From Anolis carolinensis (lineage: Eukaryota): DNA of 64,000 bases. Position numbers and translations under genes: made by a program. How positions within the stretch are numbered: the first letter of the stretch is position 1; each line of letters begins with the position of its first letter. Location: NCBI RefSeq assembly GCF_035594765.1, contig NC_085846.1, positions 104,705,190-104,769,189 of the forward strand. The letters run 5' to 3'. A model generated the notes under the pieces. That model was given only the letters and a program-made list of their open reading frames with translations. It was not told the DNA's origin and did no database searches. Below are positions 12,030 to 23,580 of the stretch, piece by piece.

Positions 12030-12969
12030 CTGTATATACTCGAGTATAAGCCTAGTTTTTTAGCCCTTTTTTAAGACTGAAAAAGCCCCCCTCGGCTTAT
12101 ACTTGGGTGAGGGTCCTGGTTGGCTTATATTTGGGTCAGCTTATACTCGAGAATATATGGTACATTTATTATTTTTCTCTATTATTGGCATTATTACATT
12201 TATTATTTTTCTCTATTGTTGCTACTGTTGCATTTATTTTACTCTATTTTTATTATTATTAATACATTTATTTTTTCATGCTGGTCTTATTATTGTTGCA
12301 TTTATTATTTTACTCTATTATTACATGTATTATTTTCCTGTATTTATTATTATTATTACATGTATTATTTTACTCTATGATTATTAAAAGGATATACAGT
12401 AGAGTCTCACTTATCCAACGTTCTGGATTATCCAACGCATGTTTGTAGTCAATGTTTTCAATACATTGTGATATTTTGGTGCTAAATTCGTAAATACAGT
12501 AATTACTACATAGCATTACTGCATATTGAACTACTTTTTCTGTCAAATTTGTTGTATAACATGATGTTTTGGTGCTTAATTTGTAAAACCATAACCTAAT
12601 TTGATGTGTAATAGGCTTTTCCTTAATCCCTCCTTATTATCCAACATATTCGCTTATCCAACGTTCTGCCGGCCCGTTTACGTTGGATAAGCAAGACTCT
12701 ACTGTATAAGCACATTTACATTGAAGAAGATGAGAATAATGATTTGATCAGAGTTGGACAGTCTTATCTTAAATTTGAGCTTTGTGTAAATATTCAAAAA
12801 CATTTCACCTTCTGATGCCTCAATTTGTGTAATTTTATTGGTATCTATTTTTATTTCTGAAATTTACCACCCTTGGCTTATACTGGAGTCAATGATTTCC
12901 CAGTTTTTTTGTGGTAAAATTAAGTGCCTCAGCTTATATTTGGGTCGACTTATACTTGAGCATATACGG
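12030..12969. mobile_element. Tc1/mariner-pogo non-autonomous element, copy 2
   Basis: TA|CTGTATATACTCGAGTATAAGCC ... GACTTATACTTGAGCATATACGG|TA; collinear with copy 1. Confidence 0.9.
12397..12704. mobile_element. pogo/Tigger-type MITE nested in mariner copy 2
   Basis: TA|CAGTAGAGTCTCACTTATCCAACG ... CGTTGGATAAGCAAGACTCTACTG|TA. Confidence 0.92.
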
Positions 12970-13105
12970 TATATGTTGATTGTTTCTATTGATTTTAAGT
13001 TATGTTTTATTTGCTTTGTGTAATGAGGCATTGATTTTTTGCCTAAATGTATGTTGTACACTGCTCTGAGTCCCTTGTGGGGTGAGAAGAGTGGGATAGA
13101 AATGA

Positions 13106-13152
<47 letters not shown>

Positions 13153-13419
13153 GTTATTCAGAAGTATTATCTGCTGAACTGAATGGGGCTTAATGTAGGA
13201 GTGCAGCATACATGTACAAAAATGTACATCTATTTCAGCATTTTAGAAAATGAAAAACCAAAATTTAAATTCATATCGGAAGAGAAAAATCTTGGGAGGA
13301 AAATAATTTTGTGTGTGTGTGGGTCAGTTTAACTATGCATGAAAATATTTTAAAATATCTTTGGAAAGTTTTTTTTTTAAATCTAAAATGAATTTGGAAA
13401 AGAAATGGAATGAACCAAT

Positions 13420-13631
13420 GGCCAGGCTGTTGCCCAGTCTGGATAGCAGCCAGCTGCAACAAATCACTCTAACTAAGAGGTCATGAGTTCGAGGCCAGCC
13501 CGTGCCTGCATCTGGTCTCTGTCCTATATTATGGCATTGAATGTTTGCCTTTATGTGTGCAATGTGATCCGCCCTGAGTCCCCTTCGGGGTGAGAAGGGC
13601 GGAATATATATGCTGCAAATAAATAAATAAA
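13420..13631 (+). mobile_element. L2-tailed tRNA SINE (Anolis SINE2-like), short form
   Basis: Same head and tail as 6843-7065. Confidence 0.88.
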
Positions 13632-14831
13632 TGAGTAAAATACGGCGAAGGGGGATGCACAAAAAATAGACAAGACCATCAATGTCTTCCTGAAACGTGT
13701 GCCACTGTCCATCAACAGGAAACTGAGTAGTCTTGTAATAGAAAATACACCATTTGAAGGCTGATTTAGACACCACTAATGTGAGTATAAAGATAATAGC
13801 AATGTTTTATAAAGCAGGAACATTTGTTCTGGGTTTAGAGGGAGATATTGTGGGGGTTCGTAGATTTTGTTGCCATAAGGCAATCTTTCCAGGGCCAAGT
13901 CTAGTTGGTTGCCTAGGAAATGGCTTTGAAATCAAACTGTAACTGCTACACTTTTAAAATAGATCTTCAGAATTCCTGGTGATAGGAATATAGAATTGAT
14001 AGAATAAAGAATCAGAAACTCTTTGTTCATAGCACTAAATAAAATCAGATAATGATTTATTTCTGCAGGCAACTGACATCTAAATGTGAGACTCCCATTA
14101 CCTCCAGCTGTCAAGGAGAATCCTGATTAATTCTCCGTTGTCCCATTGTTTTACCTGTTTTTAAAATGTCCCGTTTTCAGCCTGTTCCTCCAAGTCCCCT
14201 CATTTATTATGGGTTTGCTACACTCTTAAAATAGAGTGCAAATGATATTCCAAATACAAAGTAGTCTGCACTCAGTAAACTCAATGAAGTAGAATCTTGA
14301 CCTTCCCAGTAGATTCAGGAAAAAGCATACTACTGGTTTATCTATTCTCCCTCATTAATAACTTTTGCCATTTTGACCACATTCTTGACCTTAAGTATTG
14401 TGGTTTTCATATGGAAATGTTGGAGGGTATGGGCTTCTGTATCAAACAGGATTGGCCCATAGAGGACTGCCTTGATGAAAATTTACAATACAATGGGAAA
14501 TGGGCATGCAGATTAATGTAAATGAAAACACATTCTCAAATAGCTAAAGTTTAGAATGCATTGTAATTCTACGGCCCTTTTAATGGACAGACTGGTTCAA
14601 AAGACATTTTTCCATTACAGTGTGACATCTATATTCAAGGGGGATATTATGTGGATATGCAGAACTGAGAATAATTGTGAACCCTATTGAAATGAAGATT
14701 TCCTAGTCTAAGAATACCATAGAGATGTGCTGAAGAACCTAGAAAATGCCTAGAAAATACATGTTTTATCAAACATGGATAAAGGAAACCACAGATGCTG
14801 GTACCATGGTTACAGGGCTCATACTGTACAT

Positions 14832-15106
14832 CAGTGGTTCTCAATCTTTCTTCACCATGGACCCCTTTTAAACTTGTGGCCGTGAACCCCCAAGACTTAA
14901 ATCAAAATTTAAGGCACATCAAATAATTTAATGCTCCTCCTTTGGAGGCTTTTAAGCAGAGGCTGGATGGCCATCTGTTGGGGGTGCTTTGAATGAGATT
15001 TTCCTGCTTCTTGCAGGAGGTTGGACTGGATGGCCTGTGAGGTCTCTTCCAACTCTATGATTTTATGATCCCCAAAGGTCCCCAAACCTCAGGTTGAGAA
15101 CTACTA
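14832..15106. mobile_element. hAT-Charlie MITE containing a CR1 3' end
   Basis: CAGTGGTTCTCAA / TTGAGAACTACTA termini; near-TSD CTGTACAT / CTCTACAT. Confidence 0.7.
14932..15069 (+). mobile_element. CR1 3' end
   Basis: GGAGGCTTTTAAGCAGAGGCTGGATGGCCATCTG...TCTCTTCCAACTCTATGATTTTATGAT (CR1 octamer-type tail). Confidence 0.85.
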
Positions 15107-15595
15107 CTCTACATGATTTATGTAGGGTTAGAAAATAACAGCAAAAATGTCCCTAATTTCATTTTATTGCATTTTGCAAGCCTTTAAGGATCTCAGAACA
15201 CTATAAAACTCTTCCCACCCACTCAGTATAAACAAATGTAAATAATGAAGGAGCATATTTCACAAACGCTAAGTGCTTATAAGTCATCATGTTGACAAAA
15301 ATGTCATTTCAGTCAGAGAGTCACTTGATCTCAATAGTCAAGGAAATGGTTGTTTTAACTTCATTCTCATCTATCTTGTAGGACTATTGTAAGAATTCCT
15401 TTGAATCCTACATGTAGCAGTTAATGCATTCAAAACTCTTTCTATTACTATGACTACAGAATATGAACTCATAGCATATGAAGCATAAATCCCATTGCTC
15501 TCTGTTATTCCATTATATTGGAGTCTAAATCTGTGATCCTATACACATTTGGCCTAAAGATCCCGAAGACACCAGATCTCATATTATGGGGGATA

Positions 15596-15910
15596 GGTAA
15601 AGGTTTCCCCTGATGTTAAGTCCAGTCATGTCTGACTCTGGGGGTTGGTGCTAATCTCCATTTCTAAGCCGAAGAGCTGGCGTTGTCTGTAGACACCTCC
15701 AAGGTCATGTGGCCGGCATGGAGCGCCGTTACCTTCCCGCCTGAGCGGTACCTATTGATCTACTCACATTGGCATCTTTTCGAACTGCTAGGTTGGCAGA
15801 AGCTGGAGCAACAGCGGGCACTCACTCCTCTCCCGGGGTTTGAACCTGGGACCTTTTGGTCTGCAAGTTCAGCAGCTCAGTGCTTTAACACACTTTGCCA
15901 CTTATGGGGG
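15596..15910 (-). mobile_element. Near full-length Sauria SINE
   Basis: Collinear with 10892-11216; TATGGGGGATA occurs at both ends as a possible TSD. Confidence 0.92.
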
Positions 15911-16604
15911 ATAAGTAGGATCTATCTGAGTGGGAGACTGCTGAAAATGCATATGCTATAGGTTATGTTTCAGAAATAGAATCTGGCGAAATCACCTCTG
16001 TGTATTCCTTGTCTAAGAAAACTCTATGAAATCAATGGAGTTGCCATAACTTGACAGGCAACTTGAAGGCATACATATTTACACATACACACACACACTT
16101 GGGAATAACTTCTCTTTAAGTTGATGGGACTTGATTATAAAAGGATCTGCTTATAGCCATTGCACTATATGTGAAAAAAAATAAAATAAATGTTGGCAGA
16201 CCCATAAATGGAGGAAATCAAGCACTTAAGATCAGGAAGTTCCAAAAGTTCAATTTCCTAACATAGTATTCACTTGGCTGTTTTCTGAATTCCATCTATT
16301 TAAATGTAAACTTCAATACATTCATGTTTATTTTTCAACGTATGTCATACCCTATGCAGGATATGCAACATGGCTACGTTAATGTTTGGAATTTCCTGAT
16401 TTGGAGGGCTGTTCATATTGCTTAACCACATGGGAGGGTAAAGCCTATTGTTCATGCATGAACTCTGTCAAAATACCTTTGCCTATACCCAATTCTGGAA
16501 ATGATTTGCTTCTCCTTGGTAGCTCCTCTAAAGCCAGTATTTCAAAACGGCGGTATCTGAATGCAGTGAATTTGAAATGTGGTGTGCTTATTAAAGAGAC
16601 CCTC

Positions 16605-16705
16605 ACTTAGCAGCTTAGCTGGCTTCCAGTTTATCTCGGCACAGTTTAAAGTTCTGGTTATGACTATGTAGCCCTCTGTGGCTTAGGTCCAGGTTATTTG
16701 GCAGT
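16605..16705 (+). mobile_element. Degraded L2 ORF2 C-terminal fragment
   Basis: Decayed WLPV..AQFKVLVMT..AL.GLGPGYL coding pattern, homologous to 33165-33240. Confidence 0.55.
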
Positions 16706-17914
16706 CTGTGGCCATCCACTCAACACCCCTTTAATATAACAAAAATCCTCACATTTGGACGTACTGCATGGCAGTGCTACATAACTCCCATGCAGAATAG
16801 CAACCTTGTGAAATACATGGCAATGAGTGTGAAATGTGTCTTATATAAAGCAGGTCCATGGGTACATTTACATTATTTACAGTTCTTAAATAATACAATA
16901 TTGCCATTCTATCAATTGCATTTGTATGCTTGCAGTTGATAGTGTGGTTATCCAGTCTTTAAGACATGTATTTATAAACCAGGAGTCTAACCTGCAAAAT
17001 ATATTGGAACAGAAAAAAGGCTCAGCTTTTTGAAAACTATAATAATTTCTTTACAGACCATGAAAAGTGATACCAAATGTATCACCCATTATCCCCCTGG
17101 GCTGAATAAATTCTCTCTGCATAGGCAAGTTATCTGATTCAATTGTACTCACTCTTCTGTTCTTTAGCACAACCATGAGCAAAGAAGAAGCCAACTTTTT
17201 ATATCTTTTCTCAATGAGAAACAGCTGTGTCTTAAAGACATACTTTTATGGTGGAGACACTCATTAAGGTTAATGAAAATTATCTTTTAATCTTAAAATT
17301 CATTCAGCTTTTCTCACACAACTTGATCTATGATATATTTTCTGTACTGTCTTGTACTGTACTGGATTTTGTTTTCCGGTCTTGTAGAAGTTATTTCCTT
17401 ACATTTCCTCTCAGTCCCATCAGTCAGGATGGAGATGACTTTCTTCTGTCACACTCCTTGGAGGCCAAATTGGCACCAAATTGGCACCAATATTGTTGTT
17501 GTTTAGGCTGAAAGTGAAAACATGGTTGTTCAGGAAAGCTTTGGGGCTCTAGTTCACTAAAGAAAACCCCTCATATGAACATGGTTTCTATTTGTTTAAA
17601 ACTATTTTAATCTGTCTATCTGGCTAACCTGTTTTATGTGTTTTTAGCCCTTTAAAATGATGATTATTTTTCACACTGTGAAAAATTGTTGGATTAAGTT
17701 TTCTTATATATCTCTGGATAGAGGGCAGGATTTAAATAATCAAATAAATGAATAAATATGTTTGGATGTTTAATATGTGATATTACTTGCTCTCCTATTC
17801 CAATTTACTTTTGTTTGTGGCTTGACCTATATCCAAGGCTGTAGTAGAGATTAAAGGTGTTTTGAGCATTGGATTATGACCTCTATCTAAGGCTGCAGTA
17901 GAGGTTTAAGGTGT

Positions 17915-18030
17915 CGTGGCTTGAACATTGGACTATGGCTCTGGGGACCAGGGTTTGAATGTGCTCTCAGCCATGGAAAAACCGACTAGTGGGCTTTGGA
18001 CAAGTCACACTCTCTCAGCCCCAGAGGAAA
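17915..18030 (+). mobile_element. Old tRNA/CORE-like SINE head (MIR/Squam3-like)
   Basis: TTGGACTATGGCTCTGGGGACCAGGGTTTGAAT...GGACAAGTCACACTCTCTCAGCC; reverse copies near 37290-37375 and 42585-42757. Confidence 0.6.
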
Positions 18031-19271
18031 ACCCTCTCTGCCAGGAAAATCTTATAACATTAGGTATAGCACATCTCACAAACTTACAGCTGTTCACTGA
18101 AATAATCTTTTCCTTCTTCTTACAGACCTATATGTTTTTGCATTACATCGAGCAATAGTTTTCATCAAGTATCTGGTGAAGGACCATTATAATTAAAAAA
18201 GGACCAAAATGTAGTAACATCACTATTATTCTGGTCTCCCCTGTTGTTTCTCACTCTGCTTTATATTCCAATTTATCTCAAATTTTTAGAGTCATGCACA
18301 CCAGAAACATCCTATCTGGTACCCATTTCTCAAGTATGTTCTTTTCAACTGATAAATCCTGATGTGATCTATTTAAAGAGGGCATTTAATTTCCAAGTCA
18401 GGCCTATTGGACCCACCTATAATTCATTGAATCAATGTGCTAAGTAATAACGTATCATGCTACCACTGAACAAGTGGGTCTACTCTAGTTTGAACTCTAC
18501 GGGTGTGCACGATTTCATTTTTGTGTACCGGATTTGAATGATTCAGAGGATTTGATTGCTGACTGCATGGAAATGAGCCTGGTGCGAGGCAGCTGAAGCC
18601 TTAGCTGGAACAGATCACAGGAGTCTGATCTTTTCAGTGAATGGGGACTAATAAAGGGGACCAATTGAGCTGAGTGGCACTCCACATAAGGCAGAGGCAG
18701 CAGCGTGTGGGCAGGTCAGCCTCAAGACTTCAATTCCCAGAATGCTCTCTTACAGTTTTTTTAATGTTATGATAATTTTTATAAAATCCAAAAAAAAGTG
18801 AGTGGGTAAAATATTCTGAAACTTGGTAAGCTTGTAAGTGAGACAAGTTTCATGCTGATAGGCCTAAAATGATGGAGAAATTAGTCCCTAAGTTTTCCCC
18901 ATTGGCACCAATTGACCAAATCTTTCAAGCATGAAAACAGAAACCCCTCCTGAATTTGGGAAGTTCCCTAAAAATGGAACAGGAGGGGCAGTCGAAAACC
19001 AGACACTGAAAATGCAATGGGGTTTTGCTATATTGCACACCCTATTAAACTAACCATACAATCTAGGGCAGGGGTCCCCAAACTTTTTAAACAGGGGGCC
19101 AGTTCACGATCCTGTGGACCGTTGGAGGGCCGGACTATAGTTGGCCACCGAGCAATAATAATAATAATAATAATAAAAAAGAGGGTTGGAAGAGACCCCT
19201 TGGGCCATTGAGTCCAATCCCCTTCTGCCTTTGTGCACCGAAAGCACAAGCCAGGCACGCCTGAAAGATGG

Positions 19272-19501
19272 NNNNNNNNNNNNNNNNNNNNNNNNNNNNN
19301 NNNNNNNNNNNNNNNNNNNNNNNNNNNNNNNNNNNNNNNNNNNNNNNNNNNNNNNNNNNNNNNNNNNNNNNNNNNNNNNNNNNNNNNNNNNNNNNNNNNN
19401 NNNNNNNNNNNNNNNNNNNNNNNNNNNNNNNNNNNNNNNNNNNNNNNNNNNNNNNNNNNNNNNNNNNNNNNNNNNNNNNNNNNNNNNNNNNNNNNNNNNN
19501 N
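19272..19501. other. Assembly gap (N run)
   Basis: Run of N inside the tandemly repeated cargo. Confidence 1.
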
Positions 19502-19624
19502 CTTGGGCCATTGAGTCCAATCCCCTTCGGCCTTTGTGCACCGAAAGCACAAGCCAAGCACCCCTGACAGATGGCCTCCCAAACTCAATGTCAATAATAA
19601 TAATAATAATAATAATAATGACAA

Positions 19625-19915
19625 AAAACAACAGGAAAAACTCAGCCGCTATCAGGACCTCAAGATTGAACTTCAAAGACTCTGGCAGAAACCAGTGCAG
19701 GTGGTCCCGATGGTGATGGGCACACTGGGTGCCGTGCCAAAAGATCTCAGCCGGCATTTGGAAACAATAGACATTGACAAAATTACGATCTGCCAACTGC
19801 AAAAGCCCACCCCACTGGAATCTGGGCGCATCATCCAAAAATACATCACACAGTCCTAGACACTTGGGAAGTGTTTGACTTGTGATTTTGTGATATGAAA
19901 TCCAGCTGTGTCATA
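19625..19915 (+). mobile_element. R4-clade (Dong/Rex6-like) non-LTR retrotransposon 3' fragment, copy 1
   Basis: Encodes QQEKLSRYQDLKIELQRLWQKPVQVVPMVMGTLGAVPK...KYITQS*, the EKxxK/RY C-terminus of a restriction-like endonuclease; embedded in (AAT)n. Confidence 0.8.
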
Positions 19916-19919
19916 ATAA

Positions 19920-19962
<43 letters not shown>

Positions 19963-20054
19963 GACCCTTGGGCCATTGAGTCTCATCCCCTTCTGCCTTT
20001 GTGCACCGAAAGCACAAGCAAAGCACCCCTGACAGATGGCCACCCAGCCTCAAT

Positions 20055-20100
<46 letters not shown>

Positions 20101-20104
<4 letters not shown>

Positions 20105-20420
20105 CAGGAAAAACTCAGCCGCTATCAGGACCTCAAGATTGAACTTCAAAGACTCTGGCAGAAACCAGTGCAGGTGGTCCCGGTGGTGATGGGCACACTG
20201 GGTGCCGTGCCAAAAGATCTCAGCCGGCATTTGGAAACAATAGACATTGACAAAATTACGATCTGCCAACTGCAAAAGGCCACCTTACTGGGATCTGCAC
20301 GCATCATCCTAAAATACATCACACAGTCCTAGACACTTGGGAAGTGTTCGACTTGTGATTTTGTGAAATGAAATCCAGCATATCGATCTTGTTTGCTGTG
20401 TCATACAACGTCGTTGTGTC
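20101..20420 (+). mobile_element. R4-clade 3' fragment, copy 2
   Basis: Near-identical to copy 1, with almost the same 5' truncation and a longer 3' UTR; flanked by (AAT)n. Confidence 0.8.
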
Positions 20421-23294
20421 AATAATAATAATAATAATAAGGATTGAAAGAGAAGAAGAGACCCTTTAGGTCACTTAGTCCAACCCCCTTCTGCCCTTGT
20501 GCTGTGGGGGCCAGATAAATGGCTTCGATGGGCCGCATCCAGCCCCCGGGCCTTAGTTTGGGGACCCCTGATCTAGGGTGTAGTTGATAAATTATAGTTA
20601 AACTAATGGTGAAGATCATGCATTGGGATATGTACACGTCTCCATAGCTACTTCTCCTGATGTAATTCTACACATCCCAAAACTTTTGAAAACTGTTCAG
20701 CTTCAAAACATGACCATTCCTGAGGTGAGGAAAAGATAACAGCAGTCCAGCCATTGGGGACCTTGATGGGTATCTAGGATATCCCTGAAAATGATGTCCT
20801 TGCAGTGCTTCCAGCTAAAGGAAAAAAGCTGGAAACATCTCCACAGTTAGTCCAAAATAGTCCAAATAATAACCTCTTTCTTTTAGTGATTTGGTGCCAG
20901 TGGTAATGTTAGGAAATAGAAACCAGTGCAAACAGTTCATTATAGCAAATGGCACCTTTGTGGATAAGCTGTAGTTTCATGTTAGACATAGTTGGGAGGA
21001 ATAAAATGTTATCAATCAATACCCTTCTCCACAGGCTGCATTGTCTCTCTGAATTACATACCTACACAGCTCCTATTTCTGGGAGAAAAACAAGGCTTGG
21101 CTAAACAATCCCATTTAAAAAAGCATGAACTTTATTCCATAGTAAATATAGATAGGATTGTATACATGCATTCTATCCAAAGAGTTGATGGCTGAAAAAA
21201 AAAAACGGTGCTATAAGGCACCTTTTAAAATCTGTTCTATGGACAAGATATGATCAGGTGAATGCAAAGCAGGGGGAAGCTGTTTTCAATTTGCACTGAA
21301 ATTAATTATTGAGGGGTAAAGCATCACTTTGCAATTAGGGACTGGGCTTGAGACTTCAACTTGATATTGTGGCTCAACATCTCAATTTTGCAAGAAAAGA
21401 GTGAATAATGTTTACATCAATGCTTTCTCATTTTCTAAAAGCTCTTATTGTTAGGTTTTTTTGTGAGGGGCGTTAAGTAATACATTTAACAGTGCAAATA
21501 AGCAGACAGATTGGAATATTAAATTATAGCAAGAGAAATACAGAAACAATTTGTTCAGGCGTGCAAATGGAAAATAACCTAGCAAGCGAATTAAATGCAA
21601 TACTTTCCTCTTTCTCTATCAAACAATCATATAATCGTTAAAGGGAGAAAAGCTTGCTTTCTTTTTGGAAAGAACACCTATCATAACATAAGCAAGAATA
21701 CTATAGGGAGTAAAGGTCTGACCTGGCTAAATAGACCAGTTCTGCAATGAAATTATTTATGTTTTTTAGAAATATGCTTGGCAACAGACAAAGCATGATT
21801 CCAAATAGTTGTTAGACTGGAGTTTACTCTAGAGTTTTCTTTTGCATGACAATAAGGATTCAGAAACTCAATGAATTCAGAAGCTCATGAATTTTGACCA
21901 GGAGCAGAATGTTTGTAGAATTTTGTTCACAGATACAATCCTGACAGCGTATTCAATGATAAGAACTAAATGCCAGCATCCAGGCTCAGGGACTTGGATT
22001 GTGATTCCATCCTCATTTCCATGAGTTACCTACACATAAAAATTAAACAAGAGCACCTTAGAGATTGACTGAGAAAATCAAGTTTGTAGCATAAGCTTTC
22101 ATAGCCAGAGGACATGTCTATACTTATCTGGCTAACTCATGGAAGTTCATTCCAAAGCTTCCCCTGATGCAAAACTTCCCCTGGAACCCTTTGGGTGTTC
22201 AGATTGGAGCCACCACACGCCACCAGCATTAAGCAGCTTTCTATCAGAGGCAAGCTGATGATATCTCATTTCCAAGTCACATAGCTGGGGCTCTGCTATG
22301 AACTCACCAGAAGCAACCTCACCAGCAAGCTTCTGGCTGGGAGCTACTGGTGATGTGGTGAATCTATTAACTGTGTGGACAGTGTATCAGGACACCTCCA
22401 AAACACCAAAACAGTTTTGGTCCCAAAAGTAATTTTCCCAAGTTCTAGGGAGCAAGGAAGCATGCTTCCAAGCCTTGTTCTCAATCTTCCCATCCTAATC
22501 CTGCCTAGTCCCAACCTTTTCTTTCTGATCACTGCAATATGATTGAGGCATCTGACTTGTATTTGCCAGAATGTGAGCAGAAGCCACCTCATGAACATGT
22601 ATCTCAATAACTCACATTTTCAAAGGATAGTCTTCATTGGCTGATTAAGCTGCAGCCAGCCCAAAGATTTAATATTTATGCTTCAGACTGGTTCCAGAAT
22701 GGCTGTGATGGCAGCCAGACACACCTGATTGAACTCACTATAGCGTCATGCTATTGTGGTGGTCCATCACCTTGTTGCTACTCATTGGTACTCCATGGAG
22801 CTCCATGTAAGCACCAGGCTGTCATCTGTTCCATCTCTGCTAGATTCACTCCCTCCTTTGCTGGCCACATGAACACCCTAGTCCAACACCAAAGATATGA
22901 TAGCCAGGTACTCCCAGGGAGTTTGGTGGCTTGTGGTGAATGATGGTGGTGACTCGGTGGATGAGCCACTCCTTTCCCTGTGATAATTAGCACAGAGAAA
23001 GGATGATGGCAAAGTGTATTTCTGGACCAAGAATCAGGCCAAATTAGACCTGAGCCAGTTGTTCAGACTGCTGCAAAGTCGTATCCCCCACTTTGCCTAA
23101 AGCAGGACAAAGTCAGATTAAGGCAAGAAAACCCAGGATACTTGCGTTGTGTATGAGTTGTGGATACAGCCAGTGTTGGATTATCTAACTTTCATACTTC
23201 CTAATCAAAGACTGGAAAATTGGGGCTGAAGTGAGTGGGATTTGCACACAGATGAAACTGAGGGTGGAGGTATCATGCATTTCCCTGCATTTAT

Positions 23295-23580
23295 TACACT
23301 GTCCAACATTCATTTTTGTGCCTCAAATGTTAGACCTGTTTCTTGGTATATTTGACCTACTGATTCCAAAAATGGTACCAGTTTTCCCCCTATCAGCACT
23401 GATTTTCAAGATACAGAACAAATGCCATCTATCAGTTGCCAGCCCATAAAAAATCATGATAACCAGAAACTAAGAAACCAGAGTGGAGGGTGTCTATCTA
23501 ATGCAATTTTCTGAATTAGCACCCAAGGTGGGCCTAAAAATCAAGACATCAAGGATTTTTTTGTGAGTCTGCCCATGTAC
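23295..23580. mobile_element. Old DNA transposon relic (Tc1/mariner-like)
   Basis: CTGATTCCAAAAATGGTACCAGTTTT...GCAATTTTCTGAATTAGCACCC subterminal-type motifs; TA at both putative ends; TIRs are decayed. Confidence 0.35.

Larger units (their letters stand above)
11975..13151 (+). mobile_element. L2 3' UTR/tail split by a mariner-type element
   Basis: T-rich UTR on both sides of 12030-12969, then CTGCTCTGAGTCCCTTGTGGGGTGAGAAGAGTGGG and (AAT)n. Confidence 0.65.
19069..20570. mobile_element. Young non-autonomous hAT with tandem retro-element cargo
   Basis: Perfect 16-bp TIR CAGGGGTCCCCAAACT and perfect 8-bp TSD ATCTAGGG (19061-19068, 20571-20578). Confidence 0.95.

Noticed and set aside
19028-20275. 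Long ORFs with poly-L/I/N/Y and X runs
   Set aside because: Artefacts of (AAT)n tracts and the N gap; only the R4 fragment is real coding relic.
19160-20440. CRISPR-like repeat/spacer pattern
   Set aside because: Eukaryotic DNA; the repeats are microsatellites and the intervening pieces are themselves duplicated TE fragments.
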